NCBI GenBank assembly: GCA_041303575.1
Contig: JBFYOY010000037.1
Span: 10,711 to 74,710, forward strand
DNA: 64,000 nucleotides
Source: Actinomycetes bacterium
Lineage (GTDB): Bacteria > Actinomycetota > Actinomycetes > Nanopelagicales > Nanopelagicaceae
Reading direction: 5' to 3'
In this document: in pieces, positions 30,112-38,809 of the stretch
Position numbering within the stretch: position 1 is the first letter of the stretch
Layout of the letters: each line of letters opens with the position of its first letter
Program-made: the position numbers and the translations under genes
Notes under the pieces: model-generated
The model's input: the letters and a program-made list of their open reading frames with translations, nothing else
The model's database searches: none
What the model was told of the DNA's origin: nothing

Positions 30112-30785
30112 TTGCCAGCTCCTCCACCGATTAGGTTGCGAGAACGTTTTGGTGCAATCAGTAAGTCTGTAATGACGGCACGGGTGTCATTGACCAGCAT
30201 AACCCTGGGCTTTATCGATGAGTATTCGATAACAGAGACAGAAGCTGGATCGATAATGATTCTTTGAAACTCATCTAAATGCATTCCTAAAGCTGAAGCC
30301 ATGATTGATTTGATGACATCACCATGACTCACGATCACCGCAACCTTATTGTCAGAAAGCTTAGCTAAATCATGAACGCTGCTCATCGCTCTAGCTTGCA
30401 TTGCTGCAATACCTTCTCCATTTGGAAAGTACATGCGACTGGGCGACTCTTGAACGGTTTTCCATTCAGCTTTACGTGAGAGCGAACTTAACTTCTTTCC
30501 GCTCCAGTTCCCGTAATCAACCTCATTGATATTTGGGTCTACGACGGGCGCAAAATTAGGATTACTCTTTTGAATATATTGAGTCAGCCAAGGCGCAATC
30601 GTCTCGGAACATCTCTCCATCGGAGATAGTCGCAGTTGTGCGATAGGAAAATTTCCGAGACGTGTGGCTAGCTCTTCGGACTGCTTAATCCCTTTTGAGG
30701 ATAAATGCACCTTCGGCATTCGCCCTGAAAGAATCCCCGAGGCGTTGGACTCGGAGTGAGCATGACGAATCAAAACTAATCGCAT
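30108..30785 (-). CDS. Histidine phosphatase family (MSMEG_4193-like phosphomutase)
   Basis: LIRHA, SPMERC, EVDYGNWSG, VSHGDVIK. Confidence 0.88.
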   Translation of the reverse strand: MRLVLIRHAHSESNASGILSGRMPKVHLSSKGIKQSEELATRLGNFPIAQLRLSPMERCSETIAPWLTQYIQKSNPNFAPVVDPNINEVDYGNWSGKKLSSLSRKAEWKTVQESPSRMYFPNGEGIAAMQARAMSSVHDLAKLSDNKVAVIVSHGDVIKSIMASALGMHLDEFQRIIIDPASVSVIEYSSIKPRVMLVNDTRAVITDLLIAPKRSRNLIGGGAGK

Positions 30786-30835
30786 AATGAAAGGCTATCG
30801 CAGCTTTTGGTACCAGGCCTTGCTAAGGTCACGCC

Positions 30836-31780
30836 ATGGAAAAGCGACGCGCAGGAGCTAGCGGTTTAGCTTTGTCCCGACTGGGCCTAGGAACAATGAC
30901 TTGGGGTCGAGATACAGATGAGATCGAAGCAGCCGATCAATGCCGCGCTTTCTTAGATGCGGGTGGAAATTTCATCGATACCGCAGCTACTTATGGCGAT
31001 GGAGATAGCGAACGGGTCATTGGTGGGTTAATCGGCACCTTGTTTAATCGAGATGATGTCGTAATCGCAACTAAAGCGGGAATCAGCTTTGCTGACGGAG
31101 TCCGTAAGGTGGATGCATCCCGTCATGCTCTGATCGCTGAACTTGATAGATCTTTAAATCGGCTAGGTACAGATTTCGTCGATGTGTGGCAGGTGCACAA
31201 TTGGGATGAAACAACTCCCCTAGATGACACCTTGTCAGCGTTGGATTACGCATACACAACAGGTCGAGCTCGATATGTAGGAGTCAGTAATTACTCAGGC
31301 TGGCAATTAGCCCGAGCCGCTACTAAGCAACAATCAAACTCCATGAAAGCACCTCTTACAACGGTTCAAGGTGAGTACTCCTTGCTCAATAGAAATGCTG
31401 AGTTCGAGTTAATTGATGCTGCAGTTGAGTGTGGACTTGGTTTCTTAGCATGGGCGCCATTAGCGCGAGGTGTTTTAACGGGAAAGTACCGAAAAGGTAT
31501 TCCAAGTGATTCAAGAGGTGCAGCACCGCACTTTGCAAAACACATTGAGCCATATTTAGACGGGCGTTCAACAAAGATTGTTGAGGCTGTAGCCGTTGCC
31601 GCAGATGGTCTGGGCTTCTCCCCATTAGAGGTCGCACTTGCCTGGGTTCGTGATGCACCAGGTGTAACTACCTCACTTATTGGCGCACGAACCGGCGCTC
31701 AGTTACGAGGAGTCCTTAAGAGTGAAGAGATCTCACTTCCCGACATCGTAAGAACAGCTCTAGATGAGGTAAGTCTCTAA
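30836..31780 (+). CDS. Aldo/keto reductase
   Basis: LGLGTMTWG, IDTAATYG, ATK, QVH, VGVSNY, YSLLNR. Confidence 0.9.
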   Translation: MEKRRAGASGLALSRLGLGTMTWGRDTDEIEAADQCRAFLDAGGNFIDTAATYGDGDSERVIGGLIGTLFNRDDVVIATKAGISFADGVRKVDASRHALIAELDRSLNRLGTDFVDVWQVHNWDETTPLDDTLSALDYAYTTGRARYVGVSNYSGWQLARAATKQQSNSMKAPLTTVQGEYSLLNRNAEFELIDAAVECGLGFLAWAPLARGVLTGKYRKGIPSDSRGAAPHFAKHIEPYLDGRSTKIVEAVAVAADGLGFSPLEVALAWVRDAPGVTTSLIGARTGAQLRGVLKSEEISLPDIVRTALDEVSL

Positions 31781-33087
31781 GCGTTTTCTAGGAAGTTTTT
31801 CAAGACGCGAGCTCCAAAGGTAAGACCTTCAACAGGTACACGTTCATCAACACCATGAAACATTGCCATGAAATTGAATTCGGCATCTAATTTCAAAGGT
31901 GAAAATCCGTAGCCGATGATCCCTAAATCTGCGAGAGCTTTGTTATCTGTTCCGCCGCTCATTACATATGGAACAGGAATTGCTACCGAGTCCTCTGCAA
32001 TAAGCGCGTTACACATCGCCTCTACTAAATCTCCCTCAAATGGAACTTCAAGAGCCTTGTCTCTTGTGATTGTTTCGACAGTTACATTTTCACCAATCAA
32101 ACTCTTGATCGTGGAGTTCAACTCATCCTCAAAACCAGGAATAAAGCGACCATCAATTGTCGCACTTGCTGAACCTGGAATTACATTCGCCTTGTAACCA
32201 GCATCTAGCATCGTTGGATTTGCGGTGTTCTGCAGGGTCGCCCCAATCATTGTCGAGGCGAAACCGATTTCTTTAAGTAATGGACGAAGATCCTCTTCGT
32301 CATATGGCCTTCCAGTTTCCTCGGCTATGCGCTTGAAAAAAGCCTTCACAGTCTTGCTGTATCTCTGTGGCCACTCATATCGACCAATTTTTGCTACCGC
32401 TTCAGACAATGTCGTAATCGCATTGTCATCATTCATCATCGAACCATGACCGGCACGGCCTTCGGCGGTTAGTCGCATCCAATGGATGCCTTTCTCAGCG
32501 GTTTCGATCAAATAAAGTCGCTTACCACCAGCAACTGTTACTGAGAAGCCACCAACTTCAGAAACCGCTTCAGTACAACCTGCAAAAACTTCTGGATGTT
32601 CCTTGACCATGTAATGAGATCCATAAACGCTTCCCGCTTCTTCATCAGCAAAGAAGGCAAGGACGATGTCGCGATCTGGTACATAACCGGTTCGTGCCCA
32701 ATCGCGTACCGTTGCAAGGATCATCGCATCCATATTTTTCATATCAACCGCGCCACGGCCCCAGATGTAGCCATCTTTCATTTCCCCAGAGAAAGGATCA
32801 ACGGACCAATCATCTGCATTTGCCGGCACAACATCGATGTGTCCATGAACAACTAGGCCAGGACGGTCTGGATTACTTCCTTTAATACGAGCGATTACAT
32901 TGCAACGACCAGGTGCTGATTCATAAATTTTTGCTTCGATACCAACCTCAGACAACAACTGCGCGACATACTCGGCAACTGCCTTCTCATCGCCCTTTCC
33001 ATCTCCAAAGTTAACGCTTGGAATACGAATCAACTCTTGGCAGATTCTGATGGTTTCAACTTCAAGTTCTGTGTGTGTTGTACTCAT
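31777..33087 (-). CDS. M20/M25/M40 metallo-hydrolase
   Basis: HGHIDVVPA, GRGAVDMK, ADEE, GGTD, HGVDER. Confidence 0.92.
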   Translation of the reverse strand: MSTTHTELEVETIRICQELIRIPSVNFGDGKGDEKAVAEYVAQLLSEVGIEAKIYESAPGRCNVIARIKGSNPDRPGLVVHGHIDVVPANADDWSVDPFSGEMKDGYIWGRGAVDMKNMDAMILATVRDWARTGYVPDRDIVLAFFADEEAGSVYGSHYMVKEHPEVFAGCTEAVSEVGGFSVTVAGGKRLYLIETAEKGIHWMRLTAEGRAGHGSMMNDDNAITTLSEAVAKIGRYEWPQRYSKTVKAFFKRIAEETGRPYDEEDLRPLLKEIGFASTMIGATLQNTANPTMLDAGYKANVIPGSASATIDGRFIPGFEDELNSTIKSLIGENVTVETITRDKALEVPFEGDLVEAMCNALIAEDSVAIPVPYVMSGGTDNKALADLGIIGYGFSPLKLDAEFNFMAMFHGVDERVPVEGLTFGARVLKNFLENA

Positions 33088-33130
33088 TTCGCTATTCTTG
33101 CACCCAATTGCTATCCTTTCCTATCACTCA

Positions 33131-33214
33131 GTCCGGGTGGCGGAATTGGCAGACGCGCTAGCTTGAGGTGTTAGTTCCCGCAAGGGATTAGGGGTTCAAG
33201 TCCCCTCTCGGACA
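33131..33214 (+). tRNA. tRNA-Leu(GAG), CCA not encoded
   Basis: Acceptor GTCCGGG/CTCGGAC+A; anticodon arm CTAGC-TTGAGGT-GTTAG; long variable arm TCCC-GCAA-GGGA; T arm AGGGG-TTCAAGT-CCCCT. Confidence 0.97.
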
Positions 33215-33215
33215 C

Positions 33216-33743
33216 ATGAATATTGATGATGCTCTATCGCTCATCCGTGAAATCCCAGATTACCCAAAACCGGGTATCCGTTTTCAAGACATCACCCCAC
33301 TTCTTGCCCATGGTGAGGCCTTTATCGCCATCACGGAAAAGTTCGCTGATTACGCGGATCCATCAACCTTGGTTGCAGGCATCGAAGCTCGCGGCTTCAT
33401 CTTTGCTTCAGCGGTAGCAAATCAACTTCGCAGCGGATTTGTTCCGATTCGTAAAGCTGGAAAACTCCCCCATTTAACTATTTCTGAGAGTTACGGTCTT
33501 GAGTATGGAGATGACACCTTAGAACTCCATGTGGATGCCGTTTCACCGGGTTCAAAGGTTCTGCTGATCGATGATGTATTGGCAACTGGTGGAACCATTG
33601 GTGCTGCCATCGAGTTGATTCAAAGACTCGGTGGCGAAGTAATTCACGTCCTTGCTTTGTTAGAGATCCAAGGTTTACCGGGTCGAGAAAGACTCAAGGA
33701 GAAATATCCTCAGATTCCAGTTACTTCGCTGGTAGTTTCTTAG
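33216..33743 (+). CDS. apt: Adenine phosphoribosyltransferase
   Basis: IPDYPKPGI.FQDITPL, EARGF, RKAGKLP, LEYG, IDDVLATGGT. Confidence 0.95.
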   Translation: MNIDDALSLIREIPDYPKPGIRFQDITPLLAHGEAFIAITEKFADYADPSTLVAGIEARGFIFASAVANQLRSGFVPIRKAGKLPHLTISESYGLEYGDDTLELHVDAVSPGSKVLLIDDVLATGGTIGAAIELIQRLGGEVIHVLALLEIQGLPGRERLKEKYPQIPVTSLVVS

Positions 33744-33745
33744 CA

Positions 33746-35593
33746 ATGCGAATTCTTCAAATCCAAGGATTGCGCGCTTTAGCTGCGCTCCTTGTGACAA
33801 TCTTCCATGCTCGCCTAATGCCAGGCGGCTTTATCGGCGTCGATATTTTTTACGTGATCTCGGGTTATCTCATCACTGGATTAATACTTAGGGAAATCGA
33901 GAAAACAGGACGGTTAGATCTCAACGCCTTTTACCAAAGACGAATTAAACGTCTTTTGCCGACATCTGTCTTTGTTCTATTTATTACCGCCTTTTTTGCA
34001 TACTTTCTTTTGCCTCCAACGACTCGTTCTGCATTAGGACGAGATCTATTCGCCGCGGCAACATACATCTCCAACTATCTCTTTGCCTGGTGGCAAAATG
34101 ATTATCAAAACTTAGATGCCACTCCATCGCCATTTATTCATTACTGGTCTCTGGCTGTAGAAGAACAGTTTTACGTGGTTTGGCCAATCTTCATCCTGAT
34201 TCTTTCCAGATACGGAAGACGTGCTGTCTTCAATGGCGTAGCTATCGTTACAGCGCTCTCCCTGCTCTTGTCTATTTATCAAACACAAACATCTCCGATA
34301 TGGGCTTTCTACTCACTTCCAACACGTGCATGGGAGCTAGGTGTTGGTGCACTGCTACTTTTTGTTCCTGATAAGTATTTGCGCAATAGATTCTTTCCAT
34401 GGATTGGTGTCTTGGGAATAATCTTTGCCTCGGTACGTTTTGATGAAAGCACAGCTTTTCCTGGATACAACGCGGTGCTTCCGGTTGCTGCGACAGCTTT
34501 ACTCATAGGCACAGTTCCTATTTGGCCAAGATTTTTCAATGATTTAAGCAATAACCGGCTAGCGCAATGGTTGGGCGCAATTTCCTATCCACTATATCTT
34601 TGGCATTGGCCTGCACTGGTTCTTCCGGCCGCTGCGCTAGATCGACCGCTAAGAATCAGAGAAAGATTACTCTGCATACTCTTAACTATTGTTCTCGCTC
34701 ACTTCACTAGCAAATATATAGAACAACCATTAAGACACCGTGCGTTTAGCGCTAAGAAGATATATGGCTTCTTTCTAGCTACAACAGCAGCGTCATTTCT
34801 AATAGCTTTCTTCATCATCTCTACATCTTCTGATTCAATCAAGGTACGCGGATCCGACTACTCTTTTAATCTGAACCAGGTTGTCCAAAAGCCATCGATC
34901 TATGGTGATGGTTGCCATGTTAACTATGGTGAGGACAGATCAGGAAAATGCCTTTACGGTAATACCTCCGCAGACAAGACCATAGTTCTGTATGGAGATT
35001 CCCATGCTGCGCAGTGGTTCCCGGCTTTAGAAGTAATCGCAAAAGGTAATGGATACAGGTTGATCTCTCTTACAAAATCTGCTTGTTCATCAGTCGAGGC
35101 CCCCCGCGAAAATAAGGGTGCATACAATGATGCCGAATGCGATAGGTGGAGAAACAACTCGATAGAGCGAATTCAACAGCTCAAACCTCACGCGGTAATC
35201 ATCAGCAGTTTCCAAAACTTTAAGCCACCAGCTAGCGCAAAAGATAGAACAACCTGGTGGCAGGATGGCCAGAGGCGTCTTTTGGCCAGTCTCCAGGGAA
35301 GTTCAGAGAATCTGATTTACATTAGTGATACTCCTTTACCAAAAAGAGATATCCCAAATTGTCTGGCTTCACGAAACTCCCAAAGCTGTGATTCAACTCA
35401 GCCAACACCAAACCTGATCATCGATGGTTTTATTTCGATTGATCCAACTCCGTGGCTATGTGATGAATACTGCCCAGCGATTAAAGATGGATATGTGGTC
35501 TATCGCGATGCATCTCACATATCAGTTGATGCCGCTCTCGGTTTAACTGACAAATTAAAGGCTGCTTTAACTAATAAGGGGCTAATGCCGTAG
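33746..35593 (+). CDS. Acyltransferase-3 / SGNH fusion (OafA/OatA-like O-acetyltransferase)
   Basis: GLRALA, GVDIFYVISGYLIT, HYWSLAVEEQFY; SGNH motifs GDSH and YRDASH. Confidence 0.9.
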   Translation: MRILQIQGLRALAALLVTIFHARLMPGGFIGVDIFYVISGYLITGLILREIEKTGRLDLNAFYQRRIKRLLPTSVFVLFITAFFAYFLLPPTTRSALGRDLFAAATYISNYLFAWWQNDYQNLDATPSPFIHYWSLAVEEQFYVVWPIFILILSRYGRRAVFNGVAIVTALSLLLSIYQTQTSPIWAFYSLPTRAWELGVGALLLFVPDKYLRNRFFPWIGVLGIIFASVRFDESTAFPGYNAVLPVAATALLIGTVPIWPRFFNDLSNNRLAQWLGAISYPLYLWHWPALVLPAAALDRPLRIRERLLCILLTIVLAHFTSKYIEQPLRHRAFSAKKIYGFFLATTAASFLIAFFIISTSSDSIKVRGSDYSFNLNQVVQKPSIYGDGCHVNYGEDRSGKCLYGNTSADKTIVLYGDSHAAQWFPALEVIAKGNGYRLISLTKSACSSVEAPRENKGAYNDAECDRWRNNSIERIQQLKPHAVIISSFQNFKPPASAKDRTTWWQDGQRRLLASLQGSSENLIYISDTPLPKRDIPNCLASRNSQSCDSTQPTPNLIIDGFISIDPTPWLCDEYCPAIKDGYVVYRDASHISVDAALGLTDKLKAALTNKGLMP

Positions 35594-35614
35594 AGCTGTG
35601 GCAAGATGCGCACC

Positions 35615-36259
35615 ATGGCTGAATTGATCTATTACTGCGGGACTATGGATAGCGGTAAATCCACCCTTGCCCTGCAAACAGCCCATAATCATCAAAGCCG
35701 AGGACGCACCGGATTGATTTTTACCAATAAGGATCGAGCAGGATCAGGTGTTATCTCCTCGCGTTTGGGTTTATCAAGTCCTGCTATCGAGGTTATCCCT
35801 GAGTTAGATATTCATAAGTTAGTGGTTGACAAGCTCTCTATGGGTGAGCGGGTTGATTACATCATCTGCGATGAAGCTCAGTTTTACGAAACTGAACAGA
35901 TTGACCAACTTGCACGAGTTGTCGATGGTCTGGGTATTGATGTATTTGCATTTGGAATTTTGGCTGACTTCAGAACGAAGTTGTTTCCAGGATCTGCCCG
36001 TTTAGTCGAACTTGCTGATCGCGTAAATACTTTGCAGGTAGAAGCGCTCTGCTGGTGTGGGGCGCGTGCAACCCATAACGCACGAACCATCGGTGGAGTT
36101 ATGGTCGTTGAAGGTGAACAAGTTGTCGTTGGCGATGTGGCACCCGGTGCAGAGGTTGCATATGAGGTTCTTTGTCGTCGCCACCATATGCGCCAAGTGA
36201 CTGCTCGAGCATCAAGAGCGGCCCATACCTCTTCTCTTCCACTACCGTTCAAGGAGTAA
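35615..36259 (+). CDS. tdk: Thymidine kinase
   Basis: GTMDSGKST, DEAQF, DFR..LFPGS, CWCG, YEVLCRRH; start 35615 or 35606. Confidence 0.92.
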   Translation: MAELIYYCGTMDSGKSTLALQTAHNHQSRGRTGLIFTNKDRAGSGVISSRLGLSSPAIEVIPELDIHKLVVDKLSMGERVDYIICDEAQFYETEQIDQLARVVDGLGIDVFAFGILADFRTKLFPGSARLVELADRVNTLQVEALCWCGARATHNARTIGGVMVVEGEQVVVGDVAPGAEVAYEVLCRRHHMRQVTARASRAAHTSSLPLPFKE

Positions 36260-36261
36260 AG

Positions 36262-37302
36262 ATGAAATCACGCGGATATGCAGCTTTGTCAGCGAAAGCA
36301 AATTTGGTTTCGCATGAGTTTGAACGTCGCGAATTAGGCGAGAATGATGTTGCATTAGATATCGCCTACGCCGGAATTTGCCACAGCGATATTCATCAGG
36401 TTGCCGAAGAGTGGGGTCCAGCGATTTTCCCTATGGTTCCGGGCCATGAGATCGCCGGAGTTGTTGCAGCAATTGGTTCCAAGGTTTCAAAGTTTGCAGT
36501 TGGCGACAAAATAGGTGTTGGAGTCTTTGTTGATTCCTGCCGTACCTGCGAAAGCTGTCTTCAGGGCTTGCAACAGTATTGCGTTGAAGGCATGACTGGG
36601 ACATATAACGGTTACGAAAGAGATGGCGTGACAGTTGCAATGGGTGGCTACTCAAACAACTTTGTTATCAATCAAGATTACGCTGTACGGATTCCAGATA
36701 ATTTGCCTTTAGAAGGTGTCGCACCTTTACTATGCGCTGGCATCACCTTGTACTCCCCCATAAAACATTGGGGTGTGAAACCCGGGATGAAGGTTGCAGT
36801 CATGGGCCTTGGAGGCTTGGGGCACATGGGTGTTAAGTTCGCAGCCGCGATGGGCGCAGAGGTAACTGTTCTTTCGCACTCTCCTGGCAAGCAAGCCGAT
36901 GCGATAGCGATGGGAGCTCATCACTTTGTGAGCACAAAGGATCCAAGCAACTTGGCCCTATTAGCAAAGAGCTTTGATTTAATCCTCAACACAGTGAGTG
37001 CAGAATTGATTATCAACGATTATCTCAATCTCCTAAAACTTGATGGAACCCTTGTTGTTATTGGTTTGCCAGGTAAGCCTTATGAAGTTCATGCTGGCAC
37101 CTTGCTCAATGGTCGACGTTCAGTGTCAGGATCGATGATTGGCGGAATCCCCGAGATGCAGGAAATGTTGGATTTTTGTTCAGAACATTTAATTGTCAGT
37201 GATGTCGAGGTCATTAAGGCTGACTACATCAATGAGGCATACAAAAGAACTGTAGCTAGTGATGTGAAGTATCGATTTGTAATCGACGCTTCAACCTTCT
37301 AA
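36262..37302 (+). CDS. Zn-dependent NAD(P) alcohol dehydrogenase (cinnamyl-ADH type)
   Basis: GICHSD, PGHE, C..C..C...C, PLLCAGIT, GLGGLG; ATG 36262 after AAGGAG. Confidence 0.92.
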   Translation: MKSRGYAALSAKANLVSHEFERRELGENDVALDIAYAGICHSDIHQVAEEWGPAIFPMVPGHEIAGVVAAIGSKVSKFAVGDKIGVGVFVDSCRTCESCLQGLQQYCVEGMTGTYNGYERDGVTVAMGGYSNNFVINQDYAVRIPDNLPLEGVAPLLCAGITLYSPIKHWGVKPGMKVAVMGLGGLGHMGVKFAAAMGAEVTVLSHSPGKQADAIAMGAHHFVSTKDPSNLALLAKSFDLILNTVSAELIINDYLNLLKLDGTLVVIGLPGKPYEVHAGTLLNGRRSVSGSMIGGIPEMQEMLDFCSEHLIVSDVEVIKADYINEAYKRTVASDVKYRFVIDASTF

Positions 37303-38030
37303 AAGCTATGTACTACTAAGGCGAATATTGGGGCAATCGCCAGAGCCGGCAATAAGTTTCCGACTGAAACACTCTTGATGTTGAGCAACTTGAGCGCAAT
37401 ACAAATCAGCATGATCCCACCGACAATTGTCATCGCATCGATTTGGTATCCCGCAAGGACTTCTCCTAGCCCGAAACCGATCACCGTCCATACCCCTTGG
37501 TAGATTCCAACAGGTAGAGCTGAGACTGCAACTCCCCATCCCAATGAGGTTGCAAAGGCCATCGCAGCAAAAAAGTCGAGTGTGCTTTTTAAAATCAGCT
37601 GATCGATCCCGGTTCCCATTCCATCGCTAATACTTCCGAGGATGGCAAGAGGCCCGATCGCAAAGAGCAATGATGCCGCGACAAAACCTTCGACAAAGGA
37701 GGATTCACGGGAAGCCTTAAAGCGAACCCGAAGGCTTTCACCCAAGGTTTCCAACTTATCCTCTAACTTCATCGCAGATCCAATGAGTCCACCAATCAAC
37801 AATGAACCCAAGACAACCAGCAAACTCCACCCTTGTGGCAATGATTGCGTGTATCGATCAGACCACAGAGGAATCAAGGCTGATGCTGCGCCAAGGAGTG
37901 TCACCAACCCAAGGACATCTGTCAGTAAGTTTCTGGTTCTTGTAGGCATGCGATTACCCACAAGTACACCAAGAGATGCACCAGAAATAATCGTGATGAT
38001 GTTGATGATTGTGCCAACGCCAGGAAACAT
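37299..38030 (-). CDS. DUF554-family membrane protein
   Basis: GTIIN, EGFVAASLLF..GPLAILGS..DG, KS.LD, NLLPAL. Confidence 0.85.
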   Translation of the reverse strand: MFPGVGTIINIITIISGASLGVLVGNRMPTRTRNLLTDVLGLVTLLGAASALIPLWSDRYTQSLPQGWSLLVVLGSLLIGGLIGSAMKLEDKLETLGESLRVRFKASRESSFVEGFVAASLLFAIGPLAILGSISDGMGTGIDQLILKSTLDFFAAMAFATSLGWGVAVSALPVGIYQGVWTVIGFGLGEVLAGYQIDAMTIVGGIMLICIALKLLNIKSVSVGNLLPALAIAPIFALVVHSF

Positions 38031-38050
38031 TTGATGATTATACTCATTGA
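38031..38050. promoter_or_regulatory. Overlapping bidirectional -10 elements for two leaderless genes
   Basis: TATACT (+, 38039-44) and TATAAT (-, 38042-37), each 6 nt from an ATG. Confidence 0.7.
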
Positions 38051-38716
38051 ATGTCTAATCCATTTATAGAGTTCCTTCGTCCGCATAAGACTGTTCCACA
38101 AACACCGTGGACCGCTCAATCTCGATGGGATCTCAAGCCCACTCGAGTAGGTGTTCTCTTCTTTGGATTGTTTATCTTTGGCTTAGGTGATTCTTTACTG
38201 ATTCAAAGTTCAATAGGAAATGCTCCATGGTCGGTATTGGCTCAGGGCGTCTCTTCTCGACTAGACATAACGATGGGTTGGTCTACTTTTGCTATAAGCA
38301 CCATGGTTCTTCTTTTGTGGATCCCTCTCAAAGAAAAACCTGGTTTTGGAACACTTTCCAATATTGCCATCATCGCTACAGCAATCCAGATTGGTGTCTC
38401 AATATTTCCGGCACAGAGTAATTTCCTAATTGCGGTTGCTACATGCTTAATTGGAATTACGATGGTTGGATTCGGTTCAGCCCTTTACATCACCTGTGGC
38501 TTGGGCCCTGGTCCTCGTGATGGATTAATGACAGCTCTGCATCACACCACCGGAGTGCGAATCGGTAGGGTGAGATTAGCGATTGAAGGCTCAGTTTTAA
38601 TCGCTGGATGGTTGCTAGGCGGAACTGTTGGCCTTGGAACCCTCTTATTTGCCCTACTCATTGGCCAAGCCATCGCGATCAGCCTGGGAGTCGTTTCTAG
38701 GATTACCCACAGGTAA
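38051..38716 (+). CDS. YczE/YitT-family membrane protein
   Basis: IGNAPWSVL.QG, PGFGT, GLGPGPRDGLM, LGGTVGLGT. Confidence 0.82.
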   Translation: MSNPFIEFLRPHKTVPQTPWTAQSRWDLKPTRVGVLFFGLFIFGLGDSLLIQSSIGNAPWSVLAQGVSSRLDITMGWSTFAISTMVLLLWIPLKEKPGFGTLSNIAIIATAIQIGVSIFPAQSNFLIAVATCLIGITMVGFGSALYITCGLGPGPRDGLMTALHHTTGVRIGRVRLAIEGSVLIAGWLLGGTVGLGTLLFALLIGQAIAISLGVVSRITHR

Positions 38717-38720
38717 CACA

Positions 38721-38809
38721 TAGGATTTAACTCTTCCCAAGGGTTGTGCGCCCTATCGCACACGGGGTCGCAAACACCCCCGTTAACAAAATTAGAAAGG
38801 CACTACTTC
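38721..38809 (+). promoter_or_regulatory. Promoter (-10 TAGGAT) plus structured 5' leader of the NCS2 permease gene
   Basis: Hairpins TGTGCG/CGCACA and ACGGGG/CCCCGT before SD GAAAGG; class not recognised. Confidence 0.5.

Noticed and set aside
33131-38716. Genomic island integrated at tRNA-Leu
   Set aside because: No integrase and no duplicated tRNA 3' end found by eye; the genes are ordinary metabolic or membrane genes.
38757-38783. c-di-GMP-I or purine riboswitch assignment for the NCS2 leader
   Set aside because: Only a short CGCAAA resemblance; the required second helix and conserved junction residues are absent, so it is left unclassified.
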